Assembly (NCBI RefSeq): GCF_006345805.1
Contig: NC_042998.1
Span: 149,172,001 to 149,236,000 of the forward strand
DNA: 64,000 nucleotides
Source of the DNA: Octopus sinensis
Lineage: Eukaryota
Direction: 5' to 3'
Shown here piece by piece: positions 52,735 to 64,000 of the stretch. A program made the position numbers and the translations under genes. The notes under the pieces were generated by a model. That model was given only the letters and a program-made list of their open reading frames with translations. It made no database searches and was not told the DNA's origin. Within the stretch, counting starts at the first letter, position 1. The number at the start of each line of letters is the position of its first letter.

Positions 52735-53000
52735 GTTAACTGTAAGGTTAGGAATGTAGTGTTTAGCTTACGATGTACTGAGGGACGATGCAGAAACATG
52801 ACAACTACCTACATAGAAGTGACTGCACGCAACATAGGAGAACGTATAAATGAGCATTGGCGAGAGCTAAAAGAAGGGAAAAGCTCGTCAGTGCTCTACC
52901 AACATTCTCACGCAGAACATGGAGGCTGGATTGATGCTAAGAGGTTAAAGTACTATCGACACATAAAACTGACTCAAGCTACAAGCAGTAGACTGACCGA
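52735..53000 (+). mobile_element. Penelope-like element GIY-YIG endonuclease fragment
   Basis: RNVVFSLRC...TTYIEVTARNIGERINEH...SSVLYQHSHAEH matches VVY..C...YIG.T.R....R..EH. Confidence 0.7.
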
Positions 53001-53992
53001 GGTTAATAGAAAATATGACATACCATCCCACATGACTAAAGACAGTAGGGACGTGAAGAGAGAGGGCAAAGGGAAAAAAGAAAAACAAAAGTAAATAATA
53101 CACAGAAACATACAGAGTAATACACACATAATAGACATATATATGCACTTATCTGTGACACTTATGAGAAACAGAGATAGATATAAAAAAAGTAAATAAA
53201 AATATATAAATCGATAAATAAATATATAAATATATCTGCCACATACCTGTGATAAATGTAAGACACAGATAGATAAATATAAATAAACAAAATTATATAG
53301 AGGACATGGATACATACGGAGCGAACCCATACACACACATAAACGCACAAATGAAACTTCATGGGCGGCCATAACGATGTCAACAACGTAACTAACACGG
53401 TCTGTAGCAGCGGCAGTGCCAACGATGGCAATAACAACAGCTACCATCATGGCAATATCATGGGCGAACACACATACACAAAGAAATAAAGAAACTAAAC
53501 TATATTTTTTTCGGGTTTTAGGATCAACAGCAACACAACGGGGTGAGAGGATGGGGCTGAGGGGAAGGCCACACTTTTGATAAAGACTATAACACACACA
53601 GAAGCATACACTCACACACATACACACACACGCACACACGCACACACGACAGACACACATACACACAAACACAAGCGAACAAACCGATGCACATCTTAGA
53701 ATAACAGAATAGAGTAGTGGAGCAAGAACACACGCAAAAACGAAAAGTGTTGCTGAAGAGGTCACAGACGTGTGACGAAAGATTTCAGGACAATGGACTT
53801 TGAGTTAAAATAATAAAATAAGAACAATAATAAACGAGTGAAGAAAAAATATGTAGCATGTCTGTTTATTTTGCAAAATAAATAAATAAATACATAAATA
53901 AAATGACCATCCCGAAATACAACAATATCTTTTTGAACACACGATTTCACATCAGGAATCTTGCAAAACAAATTGATAAACACACACACACA

Positions 53993-54028
<36 letters not shown>

Positions 54029-54029
54029 A

Positions 54030-54068
<39 letters not shown>

Positions 54069-54077
54069 TATATATAT

Positions 54078-54703
54078 ATATGAAAAAACAAGTCAAGATA
54101 GAAAATGCTAAAACAGTTTATAAGAACATTTGAGTACTGGTTTCAGTCATTTGAGACCTTTTCAACTGTAACGATTAAATAATTAAATTTAGAAAAATTA
54201 AAAGAAAAGTTTTTTAAAAGAATATTTGTATAGTGTTCAAATATAAGTTGTATTTTCCTTGTTTCTGCCTTTCTCTGTCTCTTGTTTACACTTGTGGGTT
54301 CGACAGAGAAAAGCAGAAACAAGGAAAATGCCACTTATATTTGCACACTATAAAATCCTTAAAAATCCTTTAAAATATTTTAGCCCGAAGGCCGCGGCCA
54401 TGCTGGGGCACCACCGCTGTAATGGAGAAAGCAAAGTGGCGTGAAGGCGGCGGCCACCCGCCGGGCTGACGGCGTCTTAGGCTGACGTCTCGGGCATCCT
54501 GCCGAACGGTCCCGGAGACATCCACCTGCCGACTGCAAGTCCTCTATACAAATATTCTTTTAAAAACACTTTTCTTTTAATTTTTCTAAATTTAATTATT
54601 TAATCGTTACAGTTGAAAAGGTCTCAAATGACTGAAACCGGTACTGAAATGTTCTTTATAAAATTATTTTAGCATTTTCTATCTTGACTTGTTTTTTCAT
54701 ATA
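54078..54703. mobile_element. Fold-back element (arms 54078-54279 / 54302-54703, 22-nt loop) with a ~190-bp insertion in the right arm
   Basis: Arms are readable as reverse complements on both sides of the insertion; the left end abuts (AT)n. Confidence 0.85.
54605..54651 (+). ncRNA. Candidate minimal type I hammerhead ribozyme, U3-A8 core variant (mirror copy on - at 54127-54173)
   Basis: cgttacag-TTGAAAA-ggtc(tcaaat)gact-GAAAC-cg-GTA-ctgaaatg; 7 of 8 stem I pairs, palindromic accggt stem III. Confidence 0.6.
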
Positions 54704-54867
54704 TATCAGCTCGTGTGTTCCTTTTCATCCTTATACATACATATATATTACATATATATATGTGTGTGTGTGTGTGTGTGTATATTATATATACATATAT
54801 ATATATATACATATGTAATATACATATGTATATATATATGTATATATATATATATATATATATAATG

Positions 54868-54914
<47 letters not shown>

Positions 54915-54989
54915 ATACACCACATACATATTAGATATATACAGATATATATATATACACACACGCACACACACATATATATATGTCTG

Positions 54990-55045
<56 letters not shown>

Positions 55046-55046
55046 G

Positions 55047-55077
<31 letters not shown>

Positions 55078-55132
55078 CATATATATATACATATGTATAT
55101 ACATATGATATATATATATATATATGTATATA

Positions 55133-55188
<56 letters not shown>

Positions 55189-55602
55189 ATATACATATAT
55201 GTTTGTATGTATTTATAAGCAAAATAGCCAGATGTAAGATAAAAAGAGAGATCAGAGTTGTAACTATACTAACAAATAAAGTCAATCGCCACATCAAAGT
55301 GACTGTTCCATGTTAGGACTGTTCAACCCCAGGCAGATCGTCCGCCAGCTGGTTATCGGTGCAATTCTGGACACTTTATATACAGTATATTTTGCTAGCA
55401 AGGGGAACGAACCCTTACCATCCTCTAACAGACAACAGGATCGCGAGATTGACTTAGTTTCGAGCATATCCTCAGTCGCGAGCACTCGGACCCTAGAGTG
55501 ATAGCTAGGGTTCACTCTTGCCAGCAATACATTGTAAACAAAGCGATTATTATTGTTGTTGTTGTTGTTGCCCTTGGATCTTTAAATTGCTAACTTCATA
55601 TG

Positions 55603-55652
<50 letters not shown>

Positions 55653-55678
55653 TATTATTATTATTATTATTATTAATA

Positions 55679-55751
<73 letters not shown>

Positions 55752-57005
55752 CGTTGTTGTTGTTGTTGCCCCTGGATCTTTAAATTACTAATTCCATACG
55801 GATGGGGATCTAAAATACTTAGAAAATATAGAAGCAAAGTAAATATTGGAAGTCAGGTTGTTCTTCCACAAACGGCCATGTCTTGGAAGAAACCGATTGC
55901 TGCAATGAATGGCAGAAATGGATGGTTTGTAGGTTGGGTGGGTGGGTTTGTAGGACAGTCAATTAAAGAATACCCCCCCAAAAAACCCATTACGATGACG
56001 ATCACGAGTACTGAGGCAAGAATAACGAAGACGACAACGACGATAATGATGGTAGTAGTGATGGTAATGATGATAATGATGATGCTGGTTGTGGTGATGG
56101 TGATGATGACGATCATGATGATTATCATGAAAACAGCAACGACGATAATGATGTTAGTAAAAAGGATGATGATAATACTGCTGCTGCTGCTGTTAATGAT
56201 GAAGATTATTATGATGATGGTGGTGATGGTGATGAAGCCTTCCTAAAGTCGACAAAGACGAACAGAAATCGTTAAATCTTCCCCCCTTCCTCTTCCCCTA
56301 AATCCTCCATAATCTTTCTTCCTCCTCTTCTCCACCACCACCTCTCTGATATATCCTTCCTCTGCTATTCCCCACCACCTCTTCCCTCATTTTCTGTCTT
56401 TTGTTCTTTTATTTTTCGCTCAACCTTGTTTATCGATCTTGTTTATCGTATTACCAGGTTTTTTATTGATATTTTTTTATATATTTTTCTGACTATTATT
56501 GTTTATGTCGGTCTTTTTTTTATTGTATTTTTTTGTTGCAGCTGTTCTGGTCGTTATTCTTCTTTTTATTTTCACTTGTTCTTTTTATTGTTTTTATTGC
56601 CGCTGTTGTTAATGTGTTGTTGTTTTGTTATTGTTATTGCTTTTGTTGTTGTTGTTGTGTCGTTTTTGCTGCTGCTGCCTGTAATATCGATTCTACATTT
56701 AGGGTTAGTGAGATGTGAAGACGAGTCCTTATTCGATGTCACACCGCCATATTTTGACGATAAAGTTGAGGGTGAATGAAGTTTTATTGTTAAGCATTAA
56801 GAAAAACGTGGCATCAACTGTTCTCTACTGTTGAGCCTACACACACACACACACACACTCTCACACACACACCACACACACACAAATACACACACAAATA
56901 CACACACAAGAACACACATACGTATAAATATGCATGATTATAAATACATGCATACATGCATATATATATATATGTATATGTATATATATATGTAAATCTA
57001 TACCC

Positions 57006-57047
<42 letters not shown>

Positions 57048-57167
57048 GTACATATGGATTTGTACTGACATACATAAAAATGTATATTCGATACGTGTGT
57101 GGGTTGTGTACACACGCATTTCCATACATGCCGCTATAAACGTATATTCAATATGTACGTGTATGCA

Positions 57168-57538
57168 AGGCAGTGAGCTGGCAGCATTGTTAGCACGCCA
57201 GTATTTCGTCTGTCTTTATATTCTGAGCTCCAATTCCGCCGAGGTCGACTTTTCATTTCATCCTTTCGGGATCTATAAATAAAGTGCCAGTTGCGTACTG
57301 GGGTCAATATAGTCGAATGGCCCCCTCCCTTAGAGTACAAAAGAATCGTTAGCACGCTGGGTAGAATGCTTAACGGCGTCTCGTCCTGCTTTACATTCTG
57401 AGTTCAAATTCCGTCAGATCGACTTCGTCTTTCATCATTTCGGAAACGATAAAATAAGTACCAGTCGATTACAGGAGTTAGTGTAATCGACTTACATCTC
57501 ACCCTAAATTGCTGGCTAGGTGCCAAAATTCGAAACCA
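57168..57538 (+). mobile_element. Two adjacent family-A SINEs
   Basis: gagctggcagcattgttagcacg... and gaatcgttagcacg...gagttcaaattcc. Confidence 0.85.
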
Positions 57539-57554
57539 ATGCATATATACATAC

Positions 57555-57654
57555 NNNNNNNNNNNNNNNNNNNNNNNNNNNNNNNNNNNNNNNNNNNNNN
57601 NNNNNNNNNNNNNNNNNNNNNNNNNNNNNNNNNNNNNNNNNNNNNNNNNNNNNN
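57555..57654. other. Assembly gap (100 N)
   Basis: Run of N. Confidence 1.
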
Positions 57655-58015
57655 GATAAACTCTTTACTGTCTTTACTCTTTTACTTGTTTCAGTCATTT
57701 GACTGCGGCCATGCTGGAGCACCGCCTTTTTAATCGAGCAACTCGACCCCGGGACTCATTCTTTGTAAGCCCAGTACTTATTCTATCGGTCTCTTTTGCC
57801 GAACCGCTAAGTGACGGGGACAGAAACACACCAGCATCGGTTGTCAAGCAATGCTAGGGGGACAAACACAGACACACAAACACACACACATACATATATA
57901 TATACATTTACATATATACGACGGGCTTCTTTCAGTTTCAGTTTCCGTCTACCAAATAATCCACTCACATGTGGTTGGTAAACAAGCTACTTACCACACA
58001 GCCACTCCTGCGCCT
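57655..58015 (-). mobile_element. Composite family B SINE with internal deletion in the head
   Basis: Very similar to 45812-46228 but lacks the aggctttggtcg...gaacc segment. Confidence 0.85.
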
Positions 58016-58220
58016 AAGTGAATTTATTTCTAACATGTTCTTATGGACTAAAAAATTAAAGGTATCTAATATGAAATTTTTTCTTGAAGGAAAGTTCTTC
58101 CTTGATGTCTTTGGTAGTAAAAGATATTCATAATTATTTCAGCAGTGTATCATTTGACGTCATACAAACTACAGTGAAATTTAAATATACTGTTATATAT
58201 ATACGTATAATATGTGGCTA

Positions 58221-58974
58221 AAGAGAATCTGTTCGAAAGCAACCGCAAATACCGAGTTGACATCTGCTCTTTACTCCATTCTCGCAAACTCATTTCACCC
58301 TTTTTGGATAGACTTGTGACCGGTGACGAAAAATGGATCTTCTATCGAAATGTTAAACGTCGTAAATAGCAGCTTAGTAAAAGGGAAAAATCTCAACCAA
58401 AACCGAAAAGCGAACTTCGTGGAGAAAGGTTCTTCTCTTCATCTGGTGAGATTACAAAGGAGTAATTCGCTTTGAATTGTTACCACCTAATGCAACAATC
58501 AATGCTCAAGTCTACAGTCAGCAATTAGAGCGTTTCAACGAAGCTTTGAAGAAAAAAAGACCCGCTTTAGTGAATCGAAAAGGTGTGATGTTTCATTAGG
58601 ACAATGCGCGACCCCACACTGCAAAGATCATATCACAGACGATCGAAGAGCTTGGCTGGGAAAAAATTCTCCATCCATCGTATTCTCCCAACCTTGTTCC
58701 TTCAGACTACCATTTGTTTCGTAGTTTACAGAATCATTTGGGGAACATAACTTTCGCAAGCTAGGAGGAGGTCGAAACTGACATTTCAGAGTTCTTAGCT
58801 TTGAAACCAAAAGAGTTTTACATTGATGTGATTAAAAGCTTGTAAATAGATGGAAGGAAGTCATAGATAATCAGGGAAAGTACATCGATGATTAAATTTC
58901 AATTAAATATAACATTTGATCACGTGTTTTCTTTATTCACAATTCGGACAGAACTTATGGAATGACTGATAATA
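58221..58974 (+). pseudogene. Decayed mariner (DD34D-type) transposase with 3' TIR-like end
   Basis: FLDRLVTGDEKWIFY, FH*DNARPHTA, HPSYSPNLVPSDYHLFRSLQNHL, RWKEVIDNQGKYIDD* (stop 58893-58895); terminal cggacagaacttatggaatgactgataa-TA. Confidence 0.9.
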
Positions 58975-58979
58975 TTATA

Positions 58980-59037
<58 letters not shown>

Positions 59038-59044
59038 TATATAT

Positions 59045-59086
<42 letters not shown>

Positions 59087-59429
59087 CAAAATGGACAAGA
59101 ACGCAAAACATTCGGAGAGTTAGGTGATACAAAAATGGGACAACAAAACATCCAGATAGACGATACAAAGAAAACAAGGATGGGTCATTCGAAGTTTTCT
59201 TTCTTCAGTCAAGTACCAGATTATCTTCGCAATTTCGGCTGATTATACTTGAAATTGCTCCAATCTGGTCAGCCCCAAGGGAAAACTAAGCTAAAAGCAT
59301 TAGATTCCTTGGAAGAAAGCAACGAATGTATACAAAAATGACGGGTAAAAACGGTCAATGTTACACGAATACAATAAAAATATTAACAGGACATAACAAC
59401 AGATGTCTTTAATATGTAACAAAGAAATA

Positions 59430-59745
59430 TGTGGATCTCAGAGAGGGTAATCTTAAAGCCAGGTTCAACAATCACACCTTGAGCTTCAGACACTGGGGAA
59501 AAAGAAAAACAACCAAATTATCCTGTCATTTATGGACCTTAAAAGAAAAAGGTATCAATTACAACATCCAGTGGAAGATCTTAGCCAAGTGTAAGTCTTA
59601 CAGCAACGGCGGTGGAAAGTGCGGTCTTTGTGATATGGAAAGATAACTCATCTGGAAAAGCAGCTTAGACCCCGCTACATGTCTAAATTCAAGAACTGAA
59701 CTTTATGGATCACGCCGACATATGGCTAAATATTTGTTACTTTTT
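59430..59745 (+). mobile_element. Penelope-like element GIY-YIG endonuclease C-terminal fragment
   Basis: KARFNNHTLSFRH...TKLSCHLWTLKEKGINYNIQWKILAKCKSYSNGGGKCGLCDME...LNSRTELYGSRRH matches the PLE C-terminus (C..C..E, LN.R.EL...CRH). Confidence 0.85.
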
Positions 59746-60404
59746 TGGCCTCCCGCCAAGATCTCAGATACAACCTGCTTTTTATATTGTGTCCACGTAT
59801 AAACATTTTATCTCTCTATATTTATATCAATATGTATAAATCTGAAATGCGAAAAGTTTGTTTGTCTGGTTTTGGCATTGGAACGGGTTAAAGGGCACTA
59901 GATCCCGTCAGATTGATTCCAAAATTTACAGGGACATGTAAAATGAGGTGAGGATGTAAGTGGGCTAGGTTAGAAATCCCTATCTTAAAAGGTGTGGTTA
60001 CTAGGGCAAAAAACGCACGCTTGGACAAGTCTCCTCTCATTCTCTTATCTGCATGTCTTCCTTTGTCTCTCTCTGTTTCCTCCCTTCCCATCACTTTCTC
60101 TCTATAAGGATGTTTGACAGATACTACTATCTTTCCCCGCCGCCTTCGTCAGTGATGTCACTCTTTCCCTCACCGCCTCCCTCCCCCTCTTTCTCTCTCT
60201 GTACGTCTATCTGCATTCATAGAGAGTTTTATTATCGCCACCACCACCACACAATCAGGAGAACAAATATTATGAATCAGATATTTATTGGGTTAATTCA
60301 TATGTGCGTATGTGTGTGTATCTATATATAAATATGTATATATAATGTTTATATATACAAAGTGTATATATCTGTATTTATATATTTATATATATATATA
60401 TATA

Positions 60405-60563
60405 TTTCAAAAGATGAGGAATTTTGTCCTAGAGGTCACGCCTTTCATTTGAGTAAAAAAATAGTTGCCATGCAAACTCGCCAGAACTTTTAACATAGGT
60501 GTGCATATTTTCAGCTCAACCGACCACATAATGCACACATAATATATATATATATTATATATA

Positions 60564-60612
<49 letters not shown>

Positions 60613-60748
60613 ATATGTGCATTATGTGGTCGGTTGAGCTGAAAATATGCACACCTATGTTAAAAGTTCTGGCGAGTTTGCATGGCAACTATTTTTTTAC
60701 TCAAATGAAAGGCGTGACCTCTAGGACAAAATTCCTCATCTTTTGAAA
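60405..60748. repeat. Inverted duplication with ~140-bp arms centred on (AT)n; the right arm extends into a diverged direct repeat (~60620-60860 / ~60930-61145)
   Basis: tttcaaaagatgagg...aatgcacacat is mirrored by atgtgcatt...cctcatcttttgaaa. Confidence 0.85.
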
Positions 60749-61152
60749 TGTGGCCCGATTACACCCGAATGAAATCGGCTTATATTAACCAAACAAGTAA
60801 AACAACGAAAAACTATGCCATTTTAATCCCAAGTAAGGTCGGTATCTCTGTAGGTCTACTCCATATTTGTGAAAAGGGCAGACGTTGTCTCAAAAGTAGT
60901 TATACAGGCGAAAGTGTTAGTAAATATGGTAGGATTCAGTTGAAAATTTGCACACCTATGTTAAAAGTCCTGGCGAGCTTGCATGGTAGCTTTGAGTTTG
61001 CTCAATTGAAAGGTGTGGCCTCTAGGGAAAAATTCCCTAGAATCTTTAAAGTGTGGCCCACGTAGACCCGAATGAAATTGAGTTATAATACCGAAACAAA
61101 TAAAACAATGATAATTTTTTTTAATCCCGTACAAGACTGGGTTTCTCTGCTA

Positions 61153-61894
61153 TCAATATATATATATATATAAAAGAGGCTTTGGGTCAAAATTGTGTGC
61201 ACGTTTTGCTACGTCAGAGGTTGGCAGCCACACCAGTGGTCAGATCGAGCTGAAAATTGACACAGGCATAGAAGGCGTGATGAGTTGAGTAGGTTAAAAC
61301 TCACCATCTGGAAAGATGCGGTTGCTATGGTGAGAAGATTCAAGGGGGCTCTAAACCCCTCCAGATTGACGCGATTGGCATCTAATCCTATCTATAAAAT
61401 GAAGAAGGCGAACGTAGACGCAGATTGGATTTTTATGTAAAAAGGGGTCTAAATGGGGCTGGAAGGGGATTCAAATTTACAGGAGGGGGTAACCTGAGGG
61501 GGAAAATTGATTGGGAGACGTTTTGTGTCGCTACAGTGGTTGCTTTGGTGTGAAAACTGGGATTTTATTGATTTTTGGGGACACTTGGTGGTCTAGATCG
61601 GACACCTTTTGCCCGATTTCAATCAAATTTTCAACATGGTAAATTGGAAGTGGATTTGTAATTTAAACGCGGAAATCAATTTTTTTTTATAAATGGCAGA
61701 GAGATAGATATAGAAAGATAAAGAGAAAGAGAAAGTGAGGGAAAGTCCAAGAGAAAGGAAGAGTAAGAGAGTGGGAAAATGAGAAAGGATAGAGAAACAA
61801 AGAGGGAGAATGTGGTGATAAGAAACAGAAAGGAAGAAACAGAAAGTAACAACCACAACCTCACCCGCGCGTAGAGCGGGTCACCTTAAGCTAG
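61153..61894 (+). mobile_element. Non-autonomous Helitron
   Basis: A|TC...tataaaag start, hairpin cccgc-gcgtaga-gcggg (61864-61880), CTAG|T end at 61891-61894. Confidence 0.8.
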
Positions 61895-62325
61895 TAGATA
61901 TATATATTTACATATTTTTATATATATTTTAAAATATTTTTATTGCTTTATATATTTTTACATATTTTTCTGTATATTACCTTTCCCCCTACATGTTTGC
62001 GCATGAGCGTATAATGACGTGTATATGAACATAATTGTGCGCGTATGGCTGTGTGTATGCGTTGTGTGTGGGTAAGCATGCATGTGTTTCACGCGAGTGT
62101 GAGTGAGCATATGCTTATATGCTCATGTACAAGGGTGTGCGTGCGCGCATGTGTATGTATGTACATGCGCGCATACACGATTTCTGAGTTTTTTAACTTT
62201 CACTTTCGGGTTTTTTCCCTTTATTTAACTGTCATTCTAATATTTCTTTTGCTTGTCTTAATAACGGTCATCTTCATAGTAATTTCCCTTTGTTTAACGG
62301 TCATTTTCATAGCATTTTTGTTTGT

Positions 62326-62390
62326 CTTAATAACTGACGAGATGCCAGAGCAGATTTCCGCCCGACATCCGAAACTCGAAGTTTTATAAT
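62326..62390 (+). ncRNA. Candidate type I hammerhead ribozyme
   Basis: ttaataa-CTGACGA-gatg...catc(c)-GAAAC-tcgaa-GTT-ttataat; one extra C at the base of stem II and a short stem I. Confidence 0.6.
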
Positions 62391-62555
62391 GGCAACTGAG
62401 TAATTGTCGCATACATATAAATTCCTCTATTTACATAATATTGAGGTCTCATTCACTCTTTCTTTTAGTGTAATACTATTTATTACTATTAATATATATA
62501 TATATATATATATATGCATATATATTTATAGATACATATATATGCACACACATAT

Positions 62556-63915
62556 AAGGTAATGGACGACATTCTTTTTGCTCCGCTCGTCGTTCATAAA
62601 AAATTCCGCGTTCGCAATACTTTTTTTCGTTCGGCGTTAACAGCCCTTCTTATCTTGTTTTTCCTTGTCCTGTATTTTACTGTTTATAATTTGTACTGTC
62701 GTTACTGTCCTGTTTTTGTTACTATTTTTTACCCCTCTGCGAAAAGATCTCAGAATTTTAATTGATTTGCTTTTCGCAGGAAGGAAAGTTTCTTGTCAAA
62801 GATACGTCTCGCTTTTATCCTTCGAAACGTAGAATAGATGAAACCATAGCGACTGAAGAAGGGTTTTTTCTTTGTGTTAATTGTCCTGTACTCTATTTTT
62901 TTGTTGTTTTTAAAAAATGTCCAGTTCCTTTGGTTTGTGTCTATGTTTTCGTTTCTCATTGTGTTCGACGTCCTTTTGGTGTCCTGTACTCATATATGCA
63001 TGTATATGTACATGTAGAGGTAGGTACGTACATATATGTTTATATATATGTATGTTTTATTTTATTTATAAATATATTATATGACGAAACGCACGCACCC
63101 CCTTAAGTAAGATTGTTCTTTATATCAAGTTTTGTTCTTGATATTAACTTTGACGCGCACTCTTAACCTTTCTGTGCCATCCCTTTCTCAGCCTTCATCC
63201 TTTGATTTCCCTTTTCTCTACTTAACTTGTCTCTTCCTCTCTCTCATTCTTTACTCTCTCTCTCCCCCTCTCCATTCTTCATGGTTTCCTCGCAGCCATT
63301 CCCCTTCTTCTCTCCCTTTCTCTTACTCCTCCTCCCCCTTCCCGTCGTTCACCCGCGACGAGACTTCCACCGCTGTCTTTCTGGCCTGGCCCTCTCAAGG
63401 TAATGGACGACATTCTTTTTGCTCTGCTCGTCGTTCATAAAAAATTCCGCGTTCGCAATACTTTTTTTCGTTCGGCGTTAACAGCCCTTCTTATCTTGTT
63501 TTTCCTTGTCCTGTCTTTTACTGTTTATAATTTGTACTGTCGTTACTGTCCTGGTTTTGTTATCATTTTTACTCCTCTGCGAAAAGATCTCAGAATTTTA
63601 ATTGATTTGCTTTTCGCAGGAAGGAAAGTTTCTTGTCGAAGATACGTCTCGCTTTTATCCTTCGAAACGTAGAGTAGATGAAACCATAGCGACTGAAGAA
63701 GGGTTTTTTCTTTGTGTTAATTGTCCTGTACTCTATTTTTTGTTGTTTTTAAAAAATGTCCAGTTCCTTTGGTTTGTGTCTATGTGTTTCGTCTCTCTAT
63801 GTGTTCGACGTCCTTTTGGTGTCCTGTACTCATATATGTGTGTATATGTACATGTAGAAGTAGGTACGTACATATATGCTTATATATATGCATGTTTTAT
63901 TTTATTTATTAATAT
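62556..63915 (+). repeat. Two ~525-bp direct repeats (62556-~63080, 63397-~63915; period 841 bp)
   Basis: aaggtaatggacgacattctttttgctc begins both copies; few substitutions between them. Confidence 0.9.
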
Positions 63916-64000
63916 ATGTATATATATATATACATATGTATGCATGCATATATATATGCATATATATATATATATGCAAGTACGTATGTATATATATGTG

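Noticed and set aside
53745-53800. HHR-like ctgaaga-ggtcac..gtgac-gaaa
   Set aside because: Stem II needs a bulge, and no NUH plus stem I complement follows.
57509-57733. ORFs spanning the N run
   Set aside because: Artefacts of the 100-N assembly gap.
59175-59220. Minus-strand ctgaaga-aag..ctt-cgaat HHR-like motif near the Penelope fragment
   Set aside because: GAAA is mutated, and no cleavage triplet or stem I partner was found.
62815-62865. Type II HHR in the 841-bp repeat
   Set aside because: The boxes are in permuted order, but no NUH site or stem I hairpin could be built between them.
1-64000. Most ORF-track entries (poly-I/Y, H/T, C/V, N, P, F/S/L proteins)
   Set aside because: They are translations of (AT)n, (CA)n, (TAA)n, (GGT)n and purine/pyrimidine tracts, with no protein-family motifs.

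Overview
Eukaryotic, gene-poor, AT-rich and microsatellite-dense DNA. Its tRNA-derived SINE families resemble those of octopus, so it is most likely a coleoid cephalopod (inference). No host gene can be confidently called, and almost all ORF-track entries are microsatellite artefacts. Recognisable transposon relics: two L1/Tx1 LINE pieces, a decayed Ty3/Gypsy gag-pol (45.4-49.0 kb, minus strand), two Tc1/mariner transposases, an RTE-like RT fragment, two Penelope-like GIY-YIG fragments, two non-autonomous Helitrons, a MITE and many SINEs. The main result, invisible to the ORF track, is a set of non-coding hammerhead-ribozyme (HHR) elements read by eye. (1) A 4.7-kb tandem array of ~490-bp units (31851-36525) carries one type I HHR per unit (8 on +, 1 complete on -) and has a head-to-head inversion. 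(2) A diverged ~470-bp sister monomer has a canonical HHR (29622-29719). (3) A ~490-bp near-perfect palindrome carries two canonical HHRs (38733-39224). (4) Further fold-back elements carry minimal HHRs with a U3-A8 core (28.5, 37, 54 kb), and there is another HHR at 62.3 kb. Most of these elements have one or both ends in or beside (AT)n tracts. Together they suggest a family of retrozyme-like, Penelope-mobilised self-cleaving RNA elements. All ribozyme calls are manual motif matches; cleavage and expression are untested. Coordinates are read by eye, and element ends may be off by several bases.
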